Of a stretch of 64,000 nucleotides of DNA, positions 1 to 19,405 are shown in pieces. This DNA is from Chrysomallon squamiferum (taxonomy: Eukaryota; Animalia; Mollusca): positions 6,138,001 to 6,202,000 of the forward strand of contig CM022666.1 in the NCBI GenBank assembly GCA_012295275.1. The letters run 5' to 3'. The notes below the pieces were generated by a model. That model was not told the origin of the DNA. It did no database searches and saw only the letters and a list, made by a program, of their open reading frames with translations. Position 1 is the stretch's first letter; each line of letters opens with the position of its first letter. The position numbers and the translations under genes are program-made.

Positions 1-42
<42 letters not shown>

Positions 43-1192
43 GCAGCAACAATAACAACAACGCTAATAATAATAATAAAATAATAATAATAATAATAAT
101 AAAAGGTTTAATATGAAAAATAGCATCAACAACAGCAATGTTACAAACTGAAGGTTCTTCTGAATTTAGTTGGTAAAACAACTCTTGAAATGTAAATAAT
201 TCTCAGTGATTTACAGTATCTCAGTGAATTAAGTTAGCAATAAACACACCAGAAACATTAAAGGTACTGTATCATTTGTCAGGCCCGCAAGGACGTGTGC
301 ATAATCGACGGGATGCCCCACCCTCAACACATTCGAAAGATTTTTAAATTTAGAAGTAAGGAGATGCTTTTTTTCCTGCTTTCTGGGAAATACGTGACAA
401 GGGGAGATAATGAAGTAGGTGTCTCTCAGAACGAATCAGCGGACATATTAAAGACCTTGGTTACGTTATATCACATTTCTACTGTGCATGACAACCCGAA
501 TCCCGCCACAAATGTCACACCCTTTTTACACACCCACGGACGGACTTCGGCAGAATGTGGGGCGTGCGTACGTCTGCAATCTCTCCCCCACCCCCGGCTG
601 TGGCCCCGTTTTTGATAAGAGAGGCAAAGTCTATAACATCAAAACACTTTAACGGTGAACATGTACCAGGAAGTCGCAATCACTGAAGATACACTATAAT
701 AAGGCTTGTAACATCAGAGTCGTAATAACGTATGTGAGACAAAATGAATATATTTGTCTTTAAAATGTTTATAAAATATCTCACCTTTTTGTCTTAAGCC
801 TGTCTTAATATCCTCCCTAAGTCTATTATTATTTTTTTTTTAATTATTATTGTTTTTAAATTACAATTCTTAAGACTGTAGAGACACCAAACGACTCTGT
901 CACCGAAAGTAAAGGAGCATCCCTACCACTGAAAAGATGATGAGACAAGACGCCATCTTTAACACCAGAGTAACGTCGTCACATGGTGCGTTATGTTTGC
1001 ATAACATTAAAGAGAAATTATCGTATTCGGTTCTCATAGTCAACCCTTTGATCGTGACAAAATTTCTTGAATAGTTTTCTTACAGAAGCATGTCAAAAAA
1101 AAACGGCCCTAAACTTGCAATGTACGTACAGGGCCGATGGTTCGAATCTCCTCGGTTGAACATGTGTTTTAGTTCTTATTATTCTTTTGCAG

Positions 1193-8784
<7,592 letters not shown>

Positions 8785-9514
8785 TAATAACAACACCAAC
8801 AGCAACGATAACCACTACTGTTGTGATGAACAAACAAGCATAGCTTTTCTCGTCGTTTTCTCGATGTTTATAAAGGGACGCAACCGCTTTGGGTTCGACC
8901 TTAAGAACATTTGACCCATTTGTTTGTTAGTACTGCAAAGTGTTTGTGAGAAGCTATCTATATGTGTGTGAGTGATTATTTTATTAAAAAAAATATTGGA
9001 CTGTTATTTTAGTCTAAAAATTTAATCATTATATTATATGTATATATTAATAAGAAAATAAATTTATTTATCAAAAAAAAAAAATCTGTTTTGTTTGTAA
9101 GTTTTTAAAATAACGATATTTTACGATTTACAATTAACCCTTCGAATTGCCAAAAGATATTATTTTTATTGTTGTTGCTACTGTTAACATCAACATCATC
9201 TTGGTCATCAACAACATCATCATCATTATTATTGCATCATCATCAGCATCATCATTATAATTATTATTATTATAGAGACATTGACATACAACAGTATTCA
9301 GTTAACAAATTTTCACAGCTGTAACTAGACTGTGTTTAAAAGGCGAGTGGAGCTGGGCAGCACCATTTGTACGAGTGATCTGGGAGCCGTCTAGGGACTC
9401 CAGAAGCTCCGACTCCAAACAGTAACCGTAGACACAAACGAATTCATTCAGTGGATATCGTTTCTATCGGAATAGAGATTTATATTTTATATGTTTTAAA
9501 TAAAACCTTTGAGT

Positions 9515-9554
<40 letters not shown>

Positions 9555-9589
9555 AATAAGAAATAATAAAAAATCAGATTTTAATTTTG

Positions 9590-10775
9590 AGTGTTACCTT
9601 CTACATGTTACTACTGATATTAACATTTTACTTACTACATGTTAATAGTGGCATCAACACTTTTACTTATGATATGCTGCTACTTTTATTTACATTTTTT
9701 CTTGTTCCATATTACTGCTGTTATCTCCATTTTTCCTCAATGTTACCGCTGTTAACATTTTTACTTACTACATCTTTCTATTTCTACTGGCATTCTTACT
9801 TATTACATGTTGCTACTGGAAGTACAATTTATATTTACTACATGTTACTACTAGCATTCATATTATTACTTTCTACATGTTAGTACTGATATTTACATTA
9901 TTACTTACAACATGTTACTACTGTTATTAGCAGTATTACGTTCTACATCTTAGTACTGTTATTAACATTATTACGTTCTACATGTTACTACTGGAAGTAC
10001 AATTTATATTTACTACATGTTACTAGTAGCATTAACATTTTTACTTACTGCTTGATACTATTAGTATTGACGTTATTACATTCTACATGTTACTGCTGAT
10101 ACTAAAATTATTACTTACAACATGTTATTACTGATATTAACATTATTATTTACAACATGTTACTATTGATATTAACATTATTACATTCTACATGTTATTA
10201 CTGAATGTACAATTTATATTTACTAAATGTTACTAGTAGAATTAACATTTTTACTTACTGCTTGATACTATTAGTATTCACGTTGTTACATTCTACATGT
10301 TACTGCTGATACTAACATTATTACTTACAACATGTTATTACTGATATTAACATTATTATTTACAACATGCTACTACAGATATTAACATTATTACGTTCTA
10401 CATGTTAGTACTGTTATTAACATTATTATCTACAACATGATACTACTGATATCAACATAATTACTTTCTACACGATACTACTGATATTAACATTATTACT
10501 TTCTACATGTTAGTACTGGTATTAACATTATTACTAACAACATGTTACTACTGATTTTAACATTATTACTTTCTACATGTTAGTACTGGTATTAACATTA
10601 TTACTAACAACATGTTACTACTGATATTAACATTATTACTTTCTACATGTTAGTACTGGTATTAACATTATTACTAACAACATGTTACTACTGATATTAA
10701 CATTACTACATTCTACATGTTAATACTGTTATTAACATTATCAGGTTCTACATGTTAGTACTGTTGTTAACAATA
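9590..10775. repeat. ~35-bp minisatellite array (CTGATATTAACATTATTACTTTCTACATGTTAGTA-like) downstream of gene copy 1
   Basis: Tandem 35-bp units, partly as 70-bp dimers, degenerating outward. Confidence 0.9.
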
Positions 10776-11252
10776 TTATATTTCCAGACATTTCTATACG
10801 CAGTGTTTTGTTATTTTCAATTTTACCTATATTCTTCAACAAACTTATTTCACTTGAAGCATTTAGAATATTGCTAGCTGATTTTCTGTTTCCTTTCTTT
10901 AATATCACAAAAAGCACAATATAGACCGAGTAATCACACAGTAGTGGGAAAACACGATTCAAACAGTGATAGGCTGAAAAATGCCAGAGGTTCAGTAGAG
11001 GTACAGGTTCAATATGCGTACGCTTCCCCTACTGTTATTACCATTAATACTTCAGCGGATGTTGCTGCATCACTAGTGATACTATTACTGTTTTATTTCT
11101 ATTTCTGTTCTTCTTCTACTACTTCGTTTACTACTATTACTAATACAAAGAGTACAATCATTTATTATACTCCGTTTTCGACGGGGAAAAGATTTTGTTT
11201 TTAAAAACATAAAGTAATAGATTATAAACATCACTAAAACTTTATTTCTCAG

Positions 11253-13402
11253 TTACTGTGAACCTGGGCCATAAATGTCATGACATCTGTAATATCCATA
11301 GTTGACACAGTCACATTCGAACGAATACCACGTTCCAGGCTTTTTGTACCCAACCTTGAGACATGCATGATCGATATAACAACCTGAAACGAACGTAAGA
11401 AAGGAAATAGAAAATAAATTGGCACTGTTTTTAATGTTTCATGTGAAATACGAGGATTGGCCGAAGCATAGAGGTAAATTTCAGAACAAGAAAACATTGC
11501 GTAAAGAAATGTCTGGAAATCTTCAAATTAACCGTTTTCCATAACACCACCTGTAATCTTCTTGTCAAACTACTCAACACACTTCGCTGATATTGTTTAT
11601 GTTCTAAACTTGTTTTTTTATAGTTTTGTTTTCTTGACTAGCGTTAGTAGTTGTCTACGACACGTTTGAAAAGTACAGGTTGAATTCTTCAGTTCGGCCC
11701 TTCGAAACGTGCAAAGGCCCACAACTCAGAAATACATCGCTCGTATCGTCACGGAATCTTGGCGCTATTTTTACAAACTGCTTCTTGCTGTGCAGTGTCT
11801 TGTTTCTGGACAGTTGTAGACATTTATGATACCGGTTTTCAATGTAAATATGCCACATCCCAGATCGTCTCTTATTTGCATCTTGAAGAAAAGCAGAACT
11901 AAAATAGTGACTATGACGAAGAGAACAGATCTTTTGGAGAGGCTGGACTGGCACACATGCGCAGTTTCATTAAAGCGTTCAGTGTTGGCTGTTTTAACTT
12001 AATTCCAAAAATTGGACGGTGCAGGTCCAAACTAAGAATGCCGAGTTTGGCAAGTTCAACCTGTAAGTTACTTGTAAAGACAATAAGTCTTACCTTTATA
12101 ATACCTTCTGATTGCTCCGCCATTCATTTTGTCACATTGAAAATATCCGCATCTATCGTGACTGATTGGTATCGACTTTCCTACTTGAAGGCAGTCATAA
12201 AACTTGTGCAAAATACACACCGGAGCTTCAAAAATTAAAAATTAATTTTTCTTTTAACACCCACAAACACGATGATACACGATCGAAACAAGAATCAGAA
12301 AGAAAAATAAGAGAAAAAGAAAACAAGAAAATAAATAATAATAGTAATAAATTAATCGAAAAACAAAAATATATAAAACAAGCAACCGTCATACCTATTA
12401 CTATATCGAATTCATAATCACCATCATAACTATCATCATCATCATCATCATCATTATTATTTTTATTATCAACTTCGCCGTCATTATCACAGTTACTATT
12501 TTGATTATTAATCTTATTATTTTATTGTTGTTACTATAAGTACATATTAAGGCTAAAATTACTTACCTGAACTCTGATCTTTTTTAATAGTAAAGTCTAT
12601 GACTACTTTTTCCTTAATCTGTCTTACAGTAGTAGTGAATCTAAAGACACCACAATTAGTGCGTGTATTCGCGTTTGTGGGTGCAACCAGAAAATCGTAC
12701 ATCTCCACGTCTGTAAAAAGCAATTCTTTTTTTGTTTCTTATTGTACTCACTTTGGCACTTCAGAAACGACATTTTACTAGCTACTGAGATGTATTGTTA
12801 ACTGATAAGCATTTAAATAATGATGACTATGAAGTATAAACATGTTTCTATTGACACTCAGACTTGTTTGTGTTAATCATCAGATCATGCTGACTTTTTG
12901 TTCCACAGTTTCTTCCGAGATTCATTTCAATCTTTGCGAGAATTTTAAGGCTAATTTAATACGAGATACAGGTACGGGACATATCACCCGGCGTCCTGAA
13001 ATCCGGAAAGATTTTCTTTATGTTTTTAAGTATTTACTTAATTTAGAACATTTACTACAAAACAAAGAATTGCTTTTGACTACATGAATTGCTTACATGA
13101 TGGTAGTTCGTCGATTTTGAAACCACCCTCAACGCATTTAAGTATAGTGGAACCGTGGTAAGGGAACCGATGGATGACTTCTCCTACTTTTACTTTACCC
13201 CACTGTGTCTCACACTGTTTAGTTCCTGTGTTGTATACACCTGAAAACGCTAAAAAAAGAGTATATTTCTTTGATCTATGTGTCAGACTTTGAATATCTA
13301 ACTCTTTCTTGTAGACCTCTGAAATGCTGAGCTGAGTTAACTGAATGCTTGTACGTCTGTTTCTGTATGTCAGCACTATAAAACACTGGACTTGCTAGTT
13401 GA

Positions 13403-13445
<43 letters not shown>

Positions 13446-13657
13446 TTTTTTTTGTTTTTCTTCTTTATTATTTTCTTTGCAATATCCGATAAAGATATTA
13501 TTTAAATATGACGTGAATTGAAACTGATGTAAAAGTAGAAGACATTCCTTAACCAAAATCATGACATACTTTCCTGATGTGAATCGTATACATCTGTTTT
13601 CGATAGCAGGTGTTGGAACGACACAACCATAATCAGAAGGAACGTTACTGCCGACAT
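11253..13657 (-). CDS. Uncharacterised secreted cysteine-rich modular protein, copy 1 (intact, 212 aa)
   Basis: Exons 13657-13570, 13240-13097, 12710-12567, 12225-12094, 11383-11253; all GT-AG, phase 1. MSAVTFLLIMVVSFQHLLS-KTDVYDSHQESVYNTGTKQCETQWGKVKVGEVIHRFPYHGSTILKCVEGGFKIDELPSYVEMYDFLVAPTNANTRTNCGVFRFTTTVRQIKEKVVIDFTIKKDQSSAPVCILHKFYDCLQVGKSIPISHDRCGYFQCDKMNGGAIRRYYKGCYIDHACLKVGYKKPGTWYSFECDCVNYGYYRCHDIYGPGSQ*; AATAAA just after the stop. Confidence 0.8.
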
Positions 13658-14329
13658 GTTGAACTGTTGACTATAAATATCTGTAATCGACAAGCTTAAT
13701 AATAGAGATGACATAGTAACAAACATAAAAACAAACTAAGTAAAAATGTGAACAACAGAATTGTTACCGAGATGTCATTAATAAGAAACTGTATGAACTT
13801 AACTCAAGATATCAAGGCTAACAGTTCATTACTATTTTTCAATTTTTTTAATTTTTTTTTTCTTTTTTTTTTCACCTCCCTTACCTGTAACAAGTAGGAA
13901 AGTTAATAGTAATCACAAAAGATAACATATCAAAAACGTTAGTAGAAATATTAACATGTAACGAATAAGAATTTGTCTATTTGTATTAAAATGGAACAAG
14001 TCAAAACGTTGACACAAGTAATAACATAGAGTAAGCAAAAACATTAATAGACATAGAAAGAAGTAAAAATGTTAACACGAGTAGTAGTGTAGTAAGTAAC
14101 AATGCTAATACAGCTAGCGACATGAAGTGTGTAATATTGTTAATACCACTAGCAGAATCTAGTAAGAAAAAATGTTGAGACTAGTTATAATATGTATTAA
14201 GTAAAAATGTTAACACCAGTAGTAAGATATAGTGACGTAAAAAATGTTAATGCATATAGCAAATGATAACACATATAGCAAGTGAAAATTACATGACCAG
14301 TAGTAACCTATGGTAAATAAAATATATAC

Positions 14330-15037
14330 AAGTGGTATCTTGACTTACGAGTTTAATTCGTTCCGTGACCGAGTTCGTATCTCAATTTACTCACATATCA
14401 AATCAATTTTCCCGAGAAATTAATTGAAACACCATCAATCCATTACAGCTCCCGAAAAACTAATCATGTTTTTATAAATAACAAATATTGTTAAAATAAA
14501 AGAGATGGAAGAGAAACAAATTGGTTTTGTAAAGTATATTTATCTTGGAGATGAGACAAATTATTATAACCCCTTTTGCTGGAGTTATAGACTTTATCGA
14601 CTCCTGATCCTTCAATATGGCACATATCGAAGAACTACTACGTTCGTACTGACTAGCCAAGTCGACTACATGCACACCTAAGTCATGTTTTACTATGAGT
14701 TGGAGCTTTAATCAAATGGAAATCATCCGCTTCTTCTTCTCAGCCCTGTCCTTTGCACTCACGTTCTTAGGATCCATGGCCAGAAAAAAAAGAAATTTGT
14801 CAAAATACTGCACAAAACGCGAGCAGAACACAACACAACAGAGATGCTTCCGCGACGAGGTAACCACGTGAAGTAAACGAGTGAGACGCGGGATTCTGGC
14901 CAACTAGCAGCGGTGTAACTGAAGCTCGCTCGTAACTCGGATTCTGCCTCGCAGCTCAAAGCAAAAAATCGACCGGGCAGCTGCTGGTAACTTGAAAATC
15001 TCGTAAGTTGGGGCACTCGTAAGTCGAGGTACCATTG
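14330..15037 (-). mobile_element. Tigger/pogo (Tc1-mariner) internally deleted element with degenerate transposase N-terminus
   Basis: TIR approx. CAGTGGTACCTCGACTTACGAG, TA flanks; relic MDPKNVSAKDRAEKKKRMISI*...VHVVDLASQYERSSSSICAILKDQESIKSITPAKG resembles the TIGD1/Tigger HTH-psq region. Confidence 0.85.
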
Positions 15038-16189
15038 TATCAGTATTTACATGTCTTAAGTAAAAATATTAATACTAATAATAACATGGAGTAAGTAAAA
15101 CTGTTAATACCAGGAGTAACTTTTAGTAAAAATGGTAATGTTAGTATTAACCTGCAGTAGATCAAAATATAAATTTCAGTATTAATATATCGTTAGTAAA
15201 AATATTAGTACTATCAGTAACAAGTTGTATATTTACAAGTAAATATCAGATATGTCGTAGGTAAAAATGTTAATATTAGTAGTAACATGTAGTTAGTAAA
15301 TATATTAGTACTAGTAGTAACGTATAGTATATATGTTAGTACTAGTTGTAGGATTAAAATGTAAATAAACGTGGTGACATATCGTGTGTAAAAATGTTCA
15401 TACCAACAGCGGCACGAAGTAAGTATAATTTTTAGTAATAGTACTAGTAGTAACAAGAATGAGTTATTAGTAGTCGTATAAAATGTAGTGAGTAAAACGT
15501 TAACAGTATTTGCAACGTTACAATGTGAAATGTTAATTCAACTGGTAAGAAGTGAGTAGTATAAAACATCTTACATTAATTCTGTTACAAAAACTATCAG
15601 AGTATTATACTTTACCACGTATGTTGTAATATCTTTCCAGCAACAAAACTACTCTGTTAATACAGCGTTAATAAATATAAGAACTCGATGTTATGAATGG
15701 ATATAAATTTAAATTAAGGTATAAAATATTTCACCTCAGTTCTATTCTCACAAGTAATATAAAACTTGACGTCTGGTGCTGTAAAATCTCTCGAAGTGAT
15801 ATCAAACATGTTCTTCAAAAGTAAGTTGTACAGTTTTATTTATCTGTGTATGATTCATTGATTATAAAACAGTGTAACGAGTTTATGTTTTACATTTTAT
15901 GACAACAGACATGAAATTTCTGTCATTACTGTGTTTTATGATTATAGATAAAATTTGCATGTATCTGTCTGTGTTTGTGCGTGTGTGTGTGCGTGTGTGA
16001 TGACTAAGGTAGCAGAGGCAAAGCTGTAGCGAATTCTAGGAACCCTACAACTGAAGAAACAGATAATCAAATTCTAGGAATGTTAGTTGTAAGAGTAGCA
16101 GCAGTAGAGTAGTTATACTAATATAATAGTAGTATGCATAAATAAGTAGTAGTAGAAAATTAGTGGTTGTGGAACACTAGTAGCATAGA

Positions 16190-16544
16190 CGTACAGCTGG
16201 ATTAGTAAAAATATTATGTAGTACTACAAGTATTCGAAGGTATAGAAATAGTAATTGCAGCAGTAACAGAACTGTAATACCACTGGTAGTAATAATCGCT
16301 GACCTGTTGTAGTAATTCTGCAGTACTAGCAGTGTAACCACTGTTGTAGCAGAAATAGTAGCCTTAATAGTACTTGTACTTTTACTTTAGCATCATTAGC
16401 TGAAATAGCAGGCAGATAGTAATAGAGGAATCGTAGTAATAGTAGTAGTAGTAGTAATAGTAATAGTAGTAGTAGTAATAGTAATAGTAGTAGTAGTAGT
16501 AGTAGTAATAGTAGTAGTAGTAGTAGTAATCGTAGTAGTAGTAA

Positions 16545-16588
<44 letters not shown>

Positions 16589-17105
16589 ATAGTAGTAGTA
16601 GTAGTAATAGTAGTAGTAATAGTACCGGCAGCAGACGTAGCAGTAGCAGCTATTTTAGCAGTCCACTGCTAGTAGTAGAAGTACAGTAGTAGCAGTAGAG
16701 CATTGATGGTGGTACTAGTATTAGAACGACAAATGCAGTAGTAGTAATTGTAATAATAAGACTAGTAGTAGCAGCAGTAGTAGTATAGACGCACAGTTCT
16801 ATTAGTAAAAATATTATGTAGTACTAGAAGTATTTGTAGGTATAGTAATAGTAATAGCAGCAGTAACAGAACTGTAATACCACTGGTAGTAATACTCGCT
16901 GACCTGTTGTAGTAATTCTGCAGTACTAGCAGTGTAACAGCAGTTGTAGCAGAAATAGTAGCCTTAATACTACTTGTACTTTTACTTTAGCATCATTAGC
17001 TGGAATAGCAGGCAGATAGTAATAGAGGAATCGTAGTAATAGTAGTAGTAGTAGTAGTAGTAATAGTAGTAATAGTAATAGTAATAGTAGTAGTAGTAGT
17101 AGTAA

Positions 17106-17138
<33 letters not shown>

Positions 17139-17400
17139 TAATAGTACCGGCAGCAGACGTAGCAGGAGCAGCTATTTTAGCAGTGCACTGCTAGTAGTAG
17201 AAGTACAGTAGTAGCAGTAGAGCATTGATGGTGGTAGTAGTATTAGAACGACAAATGCAGCAGTAGTAATTGTAATAATAAGACTAGTAGCAGCAGTAGT
17301 AGTGATAGTAGTAGTGGTAGTAGTAGCAGATAAAGAAGAGTGGTAATAGTATTTGATATTTCTTCTAACGGATCTAGTCAATTTCTGAGACAAATGTATG
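16190..17400. repeat. Palindrome spacer: (TAG)n-rich ~600-bp direct tandem duplication
   Basis: 16190-16790 repeated at ~16790-17330 with TAG microsatellite cores; the same spacer occurs inverted at ~39050-40220. Confidence 0.8.
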
Positions 17401-18125
17401 ACTATGCTACTACTGTTCCACAACCACTAATCTTCTACTACTACTTATTTATGCCTACTACTATTATATTACTATAACTACTCTACTGCTGCTGCTAATA
17501 CAACTGCCATTCCTAGAATTTGTATATCTGTTCCTTTCCTTGCAGGGTTCCTAGTATTCGCTGCTGCTTCTACTAGTGTGCTACTACTGCTACTAGAACT
17601 ACTATTATCGTTAATACAAATACTACAGCGGTTGTTGCTGCATTATTTATGGTGCTGATACTACAGCTTTGCCTCTGCTACCTTAGTCATCACACACGGA
17701 CACACACACGCACAGACACAGACAGATATATGCAAATTTTATCTATCATCATAAAATACAGTAATGACAGAAATTTCATGTCTGTTGTCATAAAATGTAA
17801 AACATAAACTCGTTACACTGTTTTATAATCAATGAATCATACACAGATAAATAAAACTGTACCAATTACATGTTTGATATCACTTCGAGAGATTTTACAG
17901 CACTAGACGTCAAGTTTTATATTACTTGTGAGAACAGAACTGATGTGAAATATTTTATACCTTAATTTAAATTTCTATCCATTCATAACATCGAGTACTT
18001 ATATTTATTAACGCTGTATTAACAGAGTAGTTTTGTTGCTGGAAAGATATTACAACATACGTGGTAAAGTATAATACTCTGATAGATTTGGTAACAGAAT
18101 TAATGTAAGATGTTTTATACTACTT

Positions 18126-18753
18126 TGAGCTGCGAGGCAGAATCCGAGTTACGAGCGAGCTTCAGTTACACCGCTGCTAGTTGGCCAGAATCCCGCGTCT
18201 CACTGGTTTACTTCACGTGGTTACCTCGTCGCGGAAGCATCTCTGTTGTGTTGTGTTCTGCTCGCGTTTTGTTCAGTATTTTGACAAATTTCTTTATTTC
18301 TGGCCATGGATCCTAAAAAAGTGAGTGCATAGGACAGTGCTGAGAAGAAGAAGCGGATGATTTCTATTTGATTAAACCTCCAACTCATAGTAAAACATCA
18401 CTGAGGTGTGCATGCAGTCGACTTGGCTAGTCAGTACGAACGTAGTAGTTCTTCGATATGTGCCACATTGAAGGATCAGGAGTCAATAAAGGCTATAACT
18501 CCAGCCAAAGGGGTTATAATAATTTGTCTCATCTCCAAGATAAATATACTTTACAAAACCAATTTGTTTCTCTTCCATCTCTTTTATTTTAACAATATTT
18601 GTTATTTATAAAAACACGATTAGTTTTTCGGGAGCTGTAATGGATTGATGGTGTTTCCATTAATTTCTCGAGAAAATTGATTTGATATGTGAGCAAATTG
18701 AGATACGAACTCGGTCACGGAACGAATTAAACTCATAAGTCAAGATACCACTT
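18126..18753 (+). mobile_element. Tigger-like relic (left end truncated) upstream of copy 2
   Basis: Reverse complement of the 14330-15037 element; same transposase fragment (18408-18611). Confidence 0.8.
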
Positions 18754-19191
18754 ATATATATTTTATTTACCATAGGTTACTACTGGTGATGTAATTTTCA
18801 ATTGCTATATGTATTAACATTTTTTATGTCACTATATCTTACTACTGGTGTTAACATTTTTACTTAATACATATTATAACTAGTCTCAACATTTTTTCTT
18901 ACTAGATTCTGCTAGTGGTATTAACAATATTACATACTTCATGTCGCTAGCTGTATTAGCATTGTTACTTACTACACTACTACTCGTGTTAACATTTTTA
19001 CTTCTTTCTATGTCTATTAATATTTTTGCTTACTCTATGTTATTACTTGTGTCAACGTTTTGACTTGTTACATATTAATATAAATAAACAAATTGTTATT
19101 CGTTACATGTTAATATTTCTACTAACGTTTTTGATATGTTATCTTTTGTGATTACTATTAACTTTCCTACTTGTTACAGGTAAGGGAGGTG

Positions 19192-19224
<33 letters not shown>

Positions 19225-19405
19225 AAAATAGTAATGAACTGTTAGCCTTGATATCTTGAGTTAAGTTCATACAGTTTCTTATTAATGACATCTCGGTAAC
19301 AATTCTGTTGTTCACATTTTTACTTAGTTTGTTTTTATGTTTGTTACTATGTCATCTCTATTATTAAGCTTGTCGATTACAGATATTTACAGTCAACAGT
19401 TCAAC

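Noticed and set aside
258-655. Possible TTAA-flanked (Kolobok/piggyBac-like) element and 106-aa ORF
   Set aside because: No convincing matching right TIR; the ORF has no recognisable motif, and no MAO GxGxxG first exon was found.
9590-10775. CRISPR-like regular ~35-bp periodicity
   Set aside because: Head-to-tail units with no unique spacers, eukaryotic context, no cas genes.
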